Below, one piece after another: positions 17,098-27,300 of a stretch of 54,891 nucleotides of DNA; the first letter of the stretch is position 1; each line of letters opens with the position of its first letter. Below the pieces are notes generated by a model, which saw only the letters and a program-made list of their open reading frames with translations, was not told the origin of the DNA and did no database searches. The position numbers were made by a program, and so were the translations under genes. The stretch is taken from the NCBI GenBank assembly GCA_964464245.1, contig CAYXFH010000145.1, positions 1-54,891 on the forward strand. The letters run 5' to 3'. Source of the stretch: an uncultured bacterium (GTDB lineage Bacteria > Caldisericota > JANLFM01).

Positions 17098-18613
17098 GCT
17101 CTTGCCTCTTCAGACCCAGCATGTAATGAGCCAGTTCATCTTCGTTGGTTGTCTTCGTTTCGAAACAACCGACGATCTCACCGCCATACATCACCATTAC
17201 CCGGTCGGATAGGGAGAGGATTTCTTCCAGTTCAAGGGATTGCAAAAGCACTGCCTTGCCCTTGTCCCGCTCCTCCAGCAGCTTGCGATGCACGAACTCG
17301 GTGGCGCCGATGTCTAGGCCGCGAGTGGGTTGGGCGGCGATCATCACCTCGGGACCGGAGGAGACTTCGCGGGCGATGATGACCTTCTGTTGATTCCCGC
17401 CAGAGAGGCTCTTCGCTTTAACCGTAATATCCCGTGGGCGCACGTCAAATTCATCTTCCTTCTCCTTGGCGAATCGGTTCACTTCAGCCCGCTGTTGAAC
17501 GATGCCTCGGGCGAAGGGGGGTTCGCTATGCATCCCCAGGACAATGTTCTCGGAGATATTGAATGGGAGGATCAAGCCGGTTCTCAAGCGGTCCTGGGGA
17601 ATATGAGCGATCCCTGCCCGGCGCAGTGATTTGACCGTTGCTCCGGTCATTTCTTTCCGGTTCACCAGAACTTTGCCCGATTCCGCTTTGGCCATTCCGG
17701 TTAGAACCCGAATCAACTCAGTCTGGCCGTTGCCCTCCACTCCGGCGATGCCAAGGATCTCTCCCCGGCGCAGGTGGAAGGAGATTCCCTTCACTGCATC
17801 CAGTCCTCGCTCGTTCTTGGCGCGAAGATCCTGCACTTCAAGCACCAGCTCTCCCAGCTTCTGGGGGTTTTTGGCAATGTCCAGCACCACATCTCGACCG
17901 ACCATCATCCGCGCCAATTGCGCCTCACTCGTTTCCTTGCTGTCGACGACCCCCATCACACGCCCTCCTCGAAGCACAGCAATCCGATCGGCGATGGCCA
18001 TTACCTCGTTGAGTTTGTGAGAAATGAAGATCACGGTTTTTCCTTGTTCGATCAAGGCATTGATGGTCAAGAAGAGACCCTCCCGCTCCAATGGGGTTAG
18101 GACAGCGGTGGGTTCGTCCAAGATGAGGATTTCGGCGCCGCGAAAGAGCGCTTTGATGATCTCCACTCGTTGCTGCATCCCTACCGGTAGGTATTCCACG
18201 CGGGCATCCGGGTCGATCGGCATCCCGTACTTCTGAGAGAACTCGGCCACTTCCTTGCGCGCCCGGTCCATGTCCATTACTAGACCAGCCTTTGTCGGCT
18301 CGATGCCCAAGACGATATTCTCGGCGACCGTTAGAACCGGGACCAGCATAAAGTGCTGATGCACCATGCCGATCCCTTCGGCGATGGCTTGGTGGGGCCC
18401 GTTGATGCGTGTTTCCTTGCCGCGGATGAGGATCTTTCCACTGTCCGGCTGGTACAGTCCATAAATAATGTTCATCAGGGTGGTCTTCCCAGCGCCGTTT
18501 TCGCCGACGATGGCGAAGACTTCCTTCTTCCGGATGGACATGTCGATATGATCATTGGCCAGGACTGCGGGAAATTGTTTGGTGATGCCCTTCAGCTCAA
18601 TAACCGGTTCCAA
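17084..18613 (-). CDS. ABC transporter ATP-binding protein with duplicated ATPase domains
   Basis: 509 aa with a TTG start after GAGGTGA. It has Walker A GENGAGKTT, the signature LSGGNQQK, and a second degenerate nucleotide-binding domain, as in RbsA/YufO-type importers. Confidence 0.92.
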   Translation of the reverse strand: MEPVIELKGITKQFPAVLANDHIDMSIRKKEVFAIVGENGAGKTTLMNIIYGLYQPDSGKILIRGKETRINGPHQAIAEGIGMVHQHFMLVPVLTVAENIVLGIEPTKAGLVMDMDRARKEVAEFSQKYGMPIDPDARVEYLPVGMQQRVEIIKALFRGAEILILDEPTAVLTPLEREGLFLTINALIEQGKTVIFISHKLNEVMAIADRIAVLRGGRVMGVVDSKETSEAQLARMMVGRDVVLDIAKNPQKLGELVLEVQDLRAKNERGLDAVKGISFHLRRGEILGIAGVEGNGQTELIRVLTGMAKAESGKVLVNRKEMTGATVKSLRRAGIAHIPQDRLRTGLILPFNISENIVLGMHSEPPFARGIVQQRAEVNRFAKEKEDEFDVRPRDITVKAKSLSGGNQQKVIIAREVSSGPEVMIAAQPTRGLDIGATEFVHRKLLEERDKGKAVLLQSLELEEILSLSDRVMVMYGGEIVGCFETKTTNEDELAHYMLGLKRQEHVEA

Positions 18614-18632
18614 CGCTCACCTCACGATGAAA

Positions 18633-18663
18633 ATGGGAGATGGGGTTTGGCCCCATCTCCCAT
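18633..18663 (-). promoter_or_regulatory. Intercistronic 13-bp stem-loop between the binding-protein gene and the ATPase gene
   Basis: ATGGGAGATGGGG (18633..18645) pairs with CCCCATCTCCCAT (18651..18663). A short U-run (UUUC) follows on the minus strand. This placement is typical for differential expression of a binding protein versus its membrane components. Confidence 0.55.
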
Positions 18664-18681
18664 GCTTGCTCGATTGCTTAG

Positions 18682-20325
18682 TTAGGGAACGGCCGGCGGA
18701 ACGAAGGTCGCCAGCCCTTCCAGGGTAGCGGGAACCTTGATGGTTCCGTCTGCGATCATCGCTTTCAGGGCATTCACTGTGGCCAGTACGGTCGCAGGGA
18801 TGATGTCCTTGGTAAAGATCAAGGCGCTGTAGCCGACGCCGCCTTCTTTGACGCCCAGTTCAATTAAGCTGGACTTAAAGGTAGCTGTGGCGACTGATTT
18901 GCAGGCATCGTAGACAGCCAGGTCGACATGCTTGATCATCGAGGTCAGCACGCGGCCGGGCGCCATGTAGTCCTGATCGGAGTCGACGCCGATGGCGAAG
19001 TAACCTGCGCCACGATCCTTGGCTTCCTGGATGACGCCGATGCCGCAAGCGCCGGCAGCAGCGAAGACGATGTCGGCGTTTTGCCCGAACTGGGATACCG
19101 CAGCCTTCTTGCCGTCGTCCGCTGAGGAGAAGTTGCCGGTGTAGTTGACCAAGACCTTGGCATCCTTGTTGATAGTCTGGATGCCGGCCTTGTAGCCGGC
19201 CTCGAACTTCTTGATGATGGGCAGCTCCATGCCGCCGACAAAGCCAAGGATGTTCTTCTTGGTCATCAAGGCAGCCATGGCGCCGACCAGGAAGGAGCCT
19301 TCCTGTTCCTTAAAGGTGTAGCAGACCAGGTTGGGCGGAAGCGGGTCGACGGTGGAGTCGATCAACATGAACTTGGTGTCGGGGAACTGCGGAGCGACTT
19401 CCTTGACGGCGTCGGCCAACATGAAGCCCACAGCGATGACCAGGTCGCACTTCTCATCCTTGGCCAGCTTGGTCAAGTTGGGGATGTAGTCCTCGGAAGC
19501 CTTCGACTCTAGGATGACCGGGGTCACACCCAAGCTGACGATGCCCATGTTCTTCAGGTCGTCAGGGATGGTGGAGAGATCCTGCCCGCCGGCCCACAGT
19601 TCCAGGCCGCGCAGGGCGGAGTCGTTGAAGGACTTGTCGCCGCGGCCGCCCACGTCTGTGACGAGGCCGACTTTGATGGCGCCTTCGGTAGGAAGCAAAC
19701 GGGCGCCGACCACTGCCGTCTCGGCGCGGGTCAGGTTGGCCAGCGGACGGAAGTTGCCGGTGGGGTCGCCTTTCATCAGGCCAGCCTTCATGGCGGAGGC
19801 AACGAAGGGACGCGCCCACTCGGAGACGGTGGCCCAGTCCGGAACAGTGACGGCCATATTGGCCATCTCATCAGCGGAGACGTAGGTGGTCTCGTCGATG
19901 TTTTTGGCCTTCACCAGGATCTTGGCCACTTCCTGGCGGGTGATCGGGTTGTTGGGGAGGAAGGTTCCGTCCGGGTACCCACCCACCAGATTGTGCTGCG
20001 CGGCCGACATGACATATTTGAAGAACCAATCCGTCATGGCCACGTCGCTGTAAGGAGAGGCGCCGGCCGGCGCCGGTTCCGGGTAGTTCAAGACGCCGGT
20101 GATGATCTTCAGGAACTCAGCGCGAGTTACAGAGTTGCCCGGCTTGAAGGCGCCGTCCGGGTAGCCGGCAATGTAGCCTAGGTCTACTAACTTCATGATG
20201 TCGGCTTCGGCCCAGTTGCCGGCGATGTCGGTGGGAGTGGCGGCGAGGGCAGACGGCAAGACCGGGAGCATAAACTGAGTCACTACAAGCAAAGTAACGA
20301 GCATACCTACTAGATACTTCTTCAT
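18682..20325 (-). CDS. BMP family (PnrA/Med-like) ABC substrate-binding protein fused to three N-terminal SLH domains
   Basis: 547 aa. A signal peptide ends ALA-A. Three SLH-like repeats follow (GYPDGAFKPGNSVTRAEFLKII; GYPDGTFLPNNPITRQEVAKIL; GDPTGNFRPLANLTRAETAVV). The BMP core then starts KVGLVTDVGGRGDKSFNDSA. Confidence 0.85.
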   Translation of the reverse strand: MKKYLVGMLVTLLVVTQFMLPVLPSALAATPTDIAGNWAEADIMKLVDLGYIAGYPDGAFKPGNSVTRAEFLKIITGVLNYPEPAPAGASPYSDVAMTDWFFKYVMSAAQHNLVGGYPDGTFLPNNPITRQEVAKILVKAKNIDETTYVSADEMANMAVTVPDWATVSEWARPFVASAMKAGLMKGDPTGNFRPLANLTRAETAVVGARLLPTEGAIKVGLVTDVGGRGDKSFNDSALRGLELWAGGQDLSTIPDDLKNMGIVSLGVTPVILESKASEDYIPNLTKLAKDEKCDLVIAVGFMLADAVKEVAPQFPDTKFMLIDSTVDPLPPNLVCYTFKEQEGSFLVGAMAALMTKKNILGFVGGMELPIIKKFEAGYKAGIQTINKDAKVLVNYTGNFSSADDGKKAAVSQFGQNADIVFAAAGACGIGVIQEAKDRGAGYFAIGVDSDQDYMAPGRVLTSMIKHVDLAVYDACKSVATATFKSSLIELGVKEGGVGYSALIFTKDIIPATVLATVNALKAMIADGTIKVPATLEGLATFVPPAVP

Positions 20326-20449
20326 TCACATCCTCCTTTTTAATCTTTTCCTTGGCTTTCCAGGATAATTCTAAACCTTTCCCCCCTTTCTTTTGGGTAA
20401 GTGATGGTTGAATTCGCTAGATTGATCGGATTTGTACATCCGTGCCTAC

Positions 20450-21820
20450 CTAGACGGTGGTCACCTTAATCTTGGCTTTCAATTCTTCGATGAAAGCGCT
20501 CCAGGCGTCATTCTTCTTCTTATCCAAGATCGTGCTTTGGATGAACGCTTGCAATGTCTGCGCCTCGTTCAACTTGAGTAGGTAGAACTGACTTCCATCA
20601 CTCACAATGGACGAGACTTCCCCGAGGGCCAAGCTATCCAGGGCATTCAATTGCCAATCCTTCAAGCTCTTGCGGTTGACGGTTCCCATGTCCCCGCCGT
20701 TCGCTCCGGTCACCGTGTCAGTGGAAGTTATCATGGCCACATCGGCAAAAGTAGTGCCTGTTTTCACCAGGTCCAGAGCAACCTGGGCTTGACTGGGAGT
20801 ATCAGTGGCAATCTGCTGGAAAGTGAAGTTCCATCGGTCGCCCAATTGAGCGGTGTAGCTGGGAGTGCGGGAGTAGATCTGGAATATGCCGAAGCCATTC
20901 TTAATGGGGATTAAACCGCTGACCTCGCCCAAGGGGATGGTGGAGGTGAAAACAGCCTGATCGAAGGCATCTCCAAACTTGCCGACCTGCGAGCTGGGAG
21001 TGATCGTCCCGAGATCCCCCAACTTATCACGGGTCTCTTTGTCGTCCGAGTATTGCGTGACCGCATCGGCGAAGCTGGTTCCCGCCTTGATTTTAGCCAG
21101 GGCTTCTTCGCCGCGGGCGAGGGTCTGCTCTTCAGTCCGTCCACCGTTCAGGGTTGAGACATTGTTCAAGAAGAGGAAACGGACGCCGGCTTGCGCTGGA
21201 GCGTCATAGCTCTTCCTCTGCTCCTCGAAGGCAGTCTTGATCTCATCCTCGTTGACCGTGACCGTTCCGGTCATTTTTTGATAGATTTGCTGGCGTTGCA
21301 GTCCGGTGGCGATGTCTTGCAAGACACTTTCCCAGGCAAGATTCTGCTTGGCCAGGGCTTCTTTGAACTGATCCACTGTCATCTGGTACTGGGAAGCGGT
21401 CCTGGTAACCTCCTCTTGAATCTGGATGGCGGTGGGGATAATCCCCAAGCGATCCGCTTCTTTAAGAGCCAATCGTTCTTGGATGGCAGCCTCCAGGGAC
21501 TGGTCCCAGATCATCTGGTACTCCTCTGAACCCTCGGTGATCTCCATCCCCTGTTGTTGCAGGCTACTGGCCTGCTGGGAGAAGAGCTGGTTAACCTGGT
21601 CCCGGGTAATGGTTTCCGTTCCCACGTAGGCCAGGACACTCCCGCGATAGCTTCCCCAGACTGTGACGACAACAGCGATCAGCGCTACGGCCACAGCCAG
21701 GACAACTCCGATCATCTTCACCCGCGTCTCGTAAGCGGAGATCCGGGCATGGCCGCGCTGATGTATCTTTTTTTTCTGGGCGAGCTCTGCTTGCTTGCGT
21801 GCTCTCTGCTTTTTGCTCAT
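20450..21820 (-). CDS. Membrane-anchored peptidyl-prolyl isomerase (PrsA/SurA-like parvulin)
   Basis: 456 aa. It has a basic N-terminus plus one TM helix, a SurA-N-like helical region, and parvulin-like segments (KIKAGTSFADAVTQYSDD...DLGTI; GFGIFQIY). Confidence 0.8.
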   Translation of the reverse strand: MSKKQRARKQAELAQKKKIHQRGHARISAYETRVKMIGVVLAVAVALIAVVVTVWGSYRGSVLAYVGTETITRDQVNQLFSQQASSLQQQGMEITEGSEEYQMIWDQSLEAAIQERLALKEADRLGIIPTAIQIQEEVTRTASQYQMTVDQFKEALAKQNLAWESVLQDIATGLQRQQIYQKMTGTVTVNEDEIKTAFEEQRKSYDAPAQAGVRFLFLNNVSTLNGGRTEEQTLARGEEALAKIKAGTSFADAVTQYSDDKETRDKLGDLGTITPSSQVGKFGDAFDQAVFTSTIPLGEVSGLIPIKNGFGIFQIYSRTPSYTAQLGDRWNFTFQQIATDTPSQAQVALDLVKTGTTFADVAMITSTDTVTGANGGDMGTVNRKSLKDWQLNALDSLALGEVSSIVSDGSQFYLLKLNEAQTLQAFIQSTILDKKKNDAWSAFIEELKAKIKVTTV

Positions 21821-21861
21821 AGATAATTTAGGCGAGCCTTCCTTTCTTTAATCGGCCCCTA

Positions 21862-23085
21862 TTATACCAGAGTCCCTTTCTTGATTGAAAATCCTTTGGG
21901 CAATAAAAATGCACCAAAATGGTCTCTACCCGTGGAAAAAAAGTAAGCAACTCCGCCAAGCCTAAGCGTTGCACCGACCGCCAAGGCCCAGCGGATGCCA
22001 ATCCAGTCAGCCAGAGCAACGCCTAGCAAGGGCAAGAGGATGGCTGTCAGATTCATAAAAAAGTTATAAATGGCGATCCCGCGTTCCCGTGCGCCTAAAG
22101 GACATGTCTCCAAAAGGGTATTGAACGAGATTAAATTGAATCCGGACCAGCCGAACCCTGCCACCAGGTTAAACAATAGAAGAGGCCATAGCGAGTTCAC
22201 CGAAGCATATAGCAAGGGGGTCAGGGACATTAGGATTAACGACCAAACCAAGGGAGCGATCCCACCGAAACGATGGCTCCAGCGAGCCCATAGGGGATAA
22301 GCCGCCACTTGAGCCACCCCAGAGACGATTACTATTAAGGAAACCCAGATCGGCGATGCTCCCAGGTCGCGTAAAGTGTAGATGGTGAAGAGAGGGAGAG
22401 TGAACTGGAAACCGACCTGGAACAACAGAGAGCCGATCAGAAACTGCCGGTAGAGCGGATTGCCGCGAATGAGTTGACCAACCCCCACTCGGCTTGTGGG
22501 AATCTTCTCTAGGTGAAGCGGCTTCAACAAGAGCAATGTATAGACCTCGAAGAGGGCGAAGAGGAAGGCAGAGGCGAAGACAACTCGGTAACTCCAGGGA
22601 AAAGCCAGCGCTTCCATCATCTGCCCGGCTGCCATGGTGGCCAGGATGCCAAAGATAGAGATCAGTCGGTTCCGAGCCGAGAAGGCAGTGGCGCGTTTCT
22701 CTTGCGAGATCGATTCTCCGATCAAGGCAGTCCAAGACAAGCCGGACCAAGCGTTGGGCAAAGCAGCCAGGGCGACGAAAATCAATAGCAGCCAGACGGA
22801 AGGCTGGAAGAAAGAAGCCAGAGCAAACAAGAGGTAGAACAGCCGGCCTGCTAGCGCCAATACGGCGGTGAAGCGCATCTTGTCCCTCAGTCTTTCTACC
22901 AGGGGCAATCCTGGGAGAATGGTGAAGGTGGTTACCAAAGCCGGAAGGGAAGTCAACAGGCCGAACTGGAATGAGCCTGCGCCGAGGTCTCGGGCATAAA
23001 TGCCGAGGAAGTTGTTGACCATGTTACTGTTAATAGAAGCGAACAGTCCGTTCCAGTTGTTGGCCCGGATGTTTCGCTCCTCCAT
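21862..23085 (-). CDS. MFS transporter
   Basis: About 12 predicted hydrophobic segments. I prefer ATG at 23085 (MEERNIR), which sits one nt after the mazG-like stop, over the track start at 23127. Confidence 0.8.
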   Translation of the reverse strand: MEERNIRANNWNGLFASINSNMVNNFLGIYARDLGAGSFQFGLLTSLPALVTTFTILPGLPLVERLRDKMRFTAVLALAGRLFYLLFALASFFQPSVWLLLIFVALAALPNAWSGLSWTALIGESISQEKRATAFSARNRLISIFGILATMAAGQMMEALAFPWSYRVVFASAFLFALFEVYTLLLLKPLHLEKIPTSRVGVGQLIRGNPLYRQFLIGSLLFQVGFQFTLPLFTIYTLRDLGASPIWVSLIVIVSGVAQVAAYPLWARWSHRFGGIAPLVWSLILMSLTPLLYASVNSLWPLLLFNLVAGFGWSGFNLISFNTLLETCPLGARERGIAIYNFFMNLTAILLPLLGVALADWIGIRWALAVGATLRLGGVAYFFSTGRDHFGAFLLPKGFSIKKGTLV

Positions 23086-23086
23086 G

Positions 23087-24382
23087 CTAGCTGGGTTGCG
23101 GTTTTTCTTTCGCTTTCTCCCAAACAAGATCCAATTCCTCGACGCTCATGTTCGTTGTTTCTTTGCCAATACGGCCGGCGATCTCAACCACGCGCTTGGA
23201 GCGGGCCAGGAACTTATCGATAGAGCGGTGCAGCGCTTCCTCCGGGTTCAAGCGGAGGAAGCGGGAAAGATTGACAAGACTGAAGAGCAGATCGCCAATC
23301 TCCTCTTCGATCTGGTCCGGTTTTTCCCCATGAACCGCTTCCTGCAGTTCCCGCCATTCCTCCCCTACCTTGTCCAGCACACCGGCGCTATCCCGCCAAT
23401 CGAGCCCCTGGAGGGAGGCCGTCTCTTGGATGCGTTCCGCTCGGCTTAGAGCGGGCATGTAACGCCGGGCTTTTTCCTCCCCGTTCCGCTGCTCCTGACT
23501 GTCTTTGATGTCCTCCCACTGCTGCTCTACTCCATCCGGCGACAATTCGCGCCTTTGGTTAAAGACGTGTGGATGACGCTGGACCAGTTTTCGGGTGATG
23601 CGGTGCAAGACCTGGGAAAGGGTAAATTCTTCCTCTTCCTCGGCAATCACAGCATGGAAGACGACCTGCAAGAAGACGTCGCCCAATTCCCCGGCCAATG
23701 CTTCACTGTTCCCCTGGCGCACCGCTTCGATCAATTCCCAGGATTCCTCCAACAAATACTTGGTCAGCGAACGGTGTGTCTGTTGGCGGTCCCAAGGACA
23801 GCGACTGCGCAAGGCGCGCATGATGCGGTTGAACTCTTGAAATCGTTCCCCCTCTTCCGGCTGAGCTCGCAGAAGATGAGGGGTAATCCTCTCTAAGGCG
23901 CAGCGCAAGTCATCGTCCCGGCAACCTTTGATCAAGGCGCCCACGCGTCCTGCCGCTTCACCGAGGGAAATTCCTTGCGCAAGCAAGAAGAAGGAGAGGT
24001 AGGTTGCAGCCAAGGCGCTGCTACGGTCTGAACCGATCAGCACGGGGCGTTCCATCTCCCGCATCAGCAGGAGGAAGTCGAGGAACTGAATCAGGTCAGA
24101 GCGGGAAGGCCAAGGGCCTTCCGGCGGATGCTGGGTCAACTGCTCGAAGCTTGGTCCCCATGATGGGCTGGAACCATCTAAAAGCAGAGCCAAAGAGAAG
24201 ATCCCTTGCTCCTCAAGGCTCTCCCGACTAGGCAAGACTGTCCCCTCCAATAAAGCCACACGTTCAGGCAACAACCAGTGAATAGCCCCCGGCAGCATGA
24301 CAGCCCCCGGCAGCATGACAGCCCCCGGCAGCATGACAGCCCCCGGCAGCATGACAGCCCCCGGCAGGGTGTCCTGGATCAT
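23087..24382 (-). CDS. mazG: MazG-type nucleoside triphosphate pyrophosphohydrolase (tandem MazG domains, YabN-like position) with an unrecognised N-terminal region
   Basis: The C-terminal roughly 240 aa carry two MazG repeats (CPWDRQQTHRSLTKYLLEESWELIEA...ELGDVFLQV and EEWRELQEA...EEIGDLLFSLVNL). The N-terminus begins with (LPGAVM)x4 encoded by an 18-nt tandem repeat. It lies downstream of mfd, as yabN does in Bacillus. Confidence 0.85.
   Translation of the reverse strand: MIQDTLPGAVMLPGAVMLPGAVMLPGAVMLPGAIHWLLPERVALLEGTVLPSRESLEEQGIFSLALLLDGSSPSWGPSFEQLTQHPPEGPWPSRSDLIQFLDFLLLMREMERPVLIGSDRSSALAATYLSFFLLAQGISLGEAAGRVGALIKGCRDDDLRCALERITPHLLRAQPEEGERFQEFNRIMRALRSRCPWDRQQTHRSLTKYLLEESWELIEAVRQGNSEALAGELGDVFLQVVFHAVIAEEEEEFTLSQVLHRITRKLVQRHPHVFNQRRELSPDGVEQQWEDIKDSQEQRNGEEKARRYMPALSRAERIQETASLQGLDWRDSAGVLDKVGEEWRELQEAVHGEKPDQIEEEIGDLLFSLVNLSRFLRLNPEEALHRSIDKFLARSKRVVEIAGRIGKETTNMSVEELDLVWEKAKEKPQPS
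24284..24373. repeat. Five tandem 18-nt units (4x AGCCCCCGGCAGCATGAC plus the terminal variant AGCCCCCGGCAGGGTGTC)
   Basis: Read directly from the sequence. The four full units are perfect and fall in frame within the first 32 codons of the mazG-like gene. Confidence 0.97.
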
Positions 24383-27300
24383 TAGCCCGCTTCCTGGGTG
24401 GAAACAGCCACCCCAGCTTTGATAGGGGCGGGCTTGTGATTAGTAAGGATCCGCAGCAGCTCTTCGGCGCGGTCAAGGGCATTTCCCAGCTCATCTTCCT
24501 CAAGACGAAGGTAGAAGTCGGCTTCTCGTATTTTGAAGCGCTTGGGGAAGCGGCGCGCCAGCAAGACGAGGCGCTCCGGGTCGAAGAACGGCTCCGGCCC
24601 GACCTCGAAAACGAGAAGGCGGTCGTCCAGACGTACCCGTTCGATTCCGGCTTTCTCGGCCATTAAGCGCACACGGCTTACCCGCAGAAGATTCTCCAAG
24701 GGAAGAGGGATCGGCCCGAAGCGGTCACGCAATTGCTGGGCGACCTGACCCAACTCGTCCTCTCCGTGGATCTCCGGTCGCCCCAGAGAAGCGAGCCGCT
24801 CGTACAATTCCATCTTGCTCCCCTCGTCAGGGATGTAGTCGGATGGGATATAAGCGCTGATCTCCATCTCCAAGACGCTGTGCGAAATAAGTGGGATCTC
24901 TTCCTCGTCCATCTCAACCGGTATCGCCTCTCCCTTTCGCAGTCGGTCCATGGCCTCCTCCAACATCTGCCGGTACATTTGATAGCCGACGTTGATCATA
25001 AAGCCGTGCTGTTCTTCCCCAAGCAGATTCCCTGCTCCACGTATCTCCAGATCGCGGGTGGCGATCAAGAGGCCGGCCCCGAGGGTCGTGAAATCGCGAA
25101 TCGCTTCCAGGCGTTTCTCGGATTCTTCGGACAATGCGCGGCGCTTGGGGTAAAGGAAATAGGCATAGGCATGAATGTCGCTGCGCCCGACCCGCCCGCG
25201 CAATTGATAGAGCTGAGCCAAACCAAGGTTCTGGGCGTCTGAGACGATCAATGTATTAACATTGGGGAGGTCGATCCCACTTTCGATAATGGCAGTGCAA
25301 AGAAGGATATCGAATTGACCTTGGGCAAACTCCCACATCGTCTTCTCTAACCTCTCCTCAGCCATCTGACCATGCGCGGTGGCAATGCGGGCGTCCGGGA
25401 GAATAGATTGAAGGCGAGCGTGCAACCTTGGCAGTCCATGTATTCGGTTGTGTACCACGAAGGCCTGCCCGCCCCGTTCTATCTCTCGCAAGAGAGCGCT
25501 GCGGACGATTCCCTCATCTGCCTCCACAACATAAGTCTTCACTGGAAAACGGTTGGCCGGCGCGGTTTCGATCATGCTCACTTCGCGGATCCCCAAGAGG
25601 CTCATCTGAAGTGTGCGGGGAATGGGCGTAGCGGACAAGGTGAGAACATGCAAGTCCCCCTTCCACTCACGTATGCGCTCCTTTTGAAGAACCCCGAAAC
25701 GTTGCTCCTCATCGATGATCAACAACCCCAGATCTTTGAACTGGACGCGCTTCCCGAGCAAGCTATGGGTTCCGATGAGGATGTCGACGCGACCTTCGAC
25801 CACCTTTTGAAGAATCTCTTTCTGTTCTCCTTGCGAGCGGAAGCGGGAAAGCATTTCCGTTTGCACCGGGAAGTGACGCAATCGCTCTTGAAAGGTATTG
25901 AAGTGCTGCTGGCAGAGGATTGTCGTAGGGGCCAGAAAAGCCACTTGCTTATTGGCTAAAACGGCGCGGAAGGCGGCACGCAAAGCTACTTCCGTCTTAC
26001 CGTAGCCGACGTCGCCGCAGATCAAGCGGTCCATCGGTTTTTGCCGTTGCAGATCCCTCATGACATCCTGAATGGCTCTCTCTTGGTCTGCTGTCTCCTC
26101 AAAGGCGAAAGTCATGGAGAGATCTTCTTCCCAAGGCTGAACCTCGGGATAGGGTTCGGGAGCGGCGACCTCTCGGGCGGCATATAGCTCCAGCAGTTGA
26201 TGTGCAATTTCAGCCACTGCCCGTCGTGCTTTGCGTTTGGTGCGAGCCCAATCGGGGGAATGCAGGCGGGACAAAGAAGGCAGCTTGACGTTGTCTCCTA
26301 GGTACTTGGCCACCAGATAAATCTGTTCACTGGGAACATAAAGCTTGTCCTGGTCGGCGTAGGAGATCTGGATGTAGTCTCGAGAAAGACCATCGATCTC
26401 CAGAGTGGCCAGTCCCTGGTAACGCCCGATCCCGTATGTCTCATGAACGACCAGATCCCCTGATTTCAGCTCTTCCCAAGAGCTAAGAATCTTCGCTTCG
26501 CGGTATCGGCGCTCGCTTTTTGGTTTGCGTCGCCAACCGAACAACTCCATCTCGGAGACAAGGGTTAATTCCAAGGAGGGAAGCGTGAAACCAGGCGCAG
26601 GCGCCGTTTTCCACAGATAAGCCGCTCCTGGTTGCAGATCTCGGGCCCAATCCATCTCTTCAAGCGGAAGATCCTGGCTGCGAAAGAGATCCTGGTAGCG
26701 GGCTATCCCTCTGCCGGCAAGGATCACCCGCCGCCCTTCCTTTAACCACCCCTTCATCACTGGAAGAAAATCGGAGAGTTGCCCCTGGTATGAGGGCAAG
26801 GCTTGGTAAGGGAAATCGACATCTCCCCCGAAGGAAGAAAAGGAGAGGGACGGGAAAGAGTGAAAAACGGCTTGAAGCGACCACCAATCGGGAAGCAAGG
26901 GAAACTCAGCGGTCTGGCCGGCGCCAATCTCCCAGGACACTCTTCCGGGGGCTGTCATCCTTCCGGGGGCTGTCAAATTGCCGCGGGCTGTCGTGCCATA
27001 CGGGACTGCCTCGCCTTGATCGAGAGCGCTGCGGTAGGACATTTCACTGGCGCGCCGCGTCTCCTCGAAGGCTTGCTGCAGTTTCCCTTCCTCTTCCGAT
27101 AGAATCAAGGTAGATGGGGGTAAATGAGATAAAAGACTAGCCACGGGAGAGAAGAAAGGGTGATAATATTCTTCCCCAAGAAAGTGCATTCCCTTTTCCA
27201 ACAATCTCAAGTCAGACCCGACCGTCTCCTCTAGAAACCGAGCCTCGCTGGTCCGAAGGCGCTCGCGCAGCCTCTTGTGCTGGCGAGACAAGCCGGCTTG

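Noticed and set aside
16171-17379. Long plus-strand ORFs antisense to real genes. Examples are 16171..17379 (402 aa), 14996..15868 (290 aa), 1610..2413, 7714..8385, 11111..11791, 25372..25959, 40836..41678, 48018..48611 and 49588..50301. The minus-strand out-of-frame ORF 15132..15977 belongs to the same group.
   Set aside because: Each lies fully inside a minus-strand gene with clear family motifs. Their translations are Arg/Gly/His/Pro-rich low-complexity strings without recognisable motifs or ribosome-binding sites. This is the typical shadow-ORF behaviour of moderately GC-rich DNA.
24284-24373. Whether the tandem 18-nt repeats could be a CRISPR array.
   Set aside because: The units are directly abutting with no spacers, are only 18 nt long, lie inside an ORF, and no cas genes are present in the window.
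24264-24503. 79-aa minus-strand ORF containing (HAAGGC)n across the 18-nt tandem repeat.
   Set aside because: It is an alternative reading frame of the repeat array that overlaps the mfd 3' end and the mazG-like 5' end. It has no independent start context and is an artefact of the repeat.
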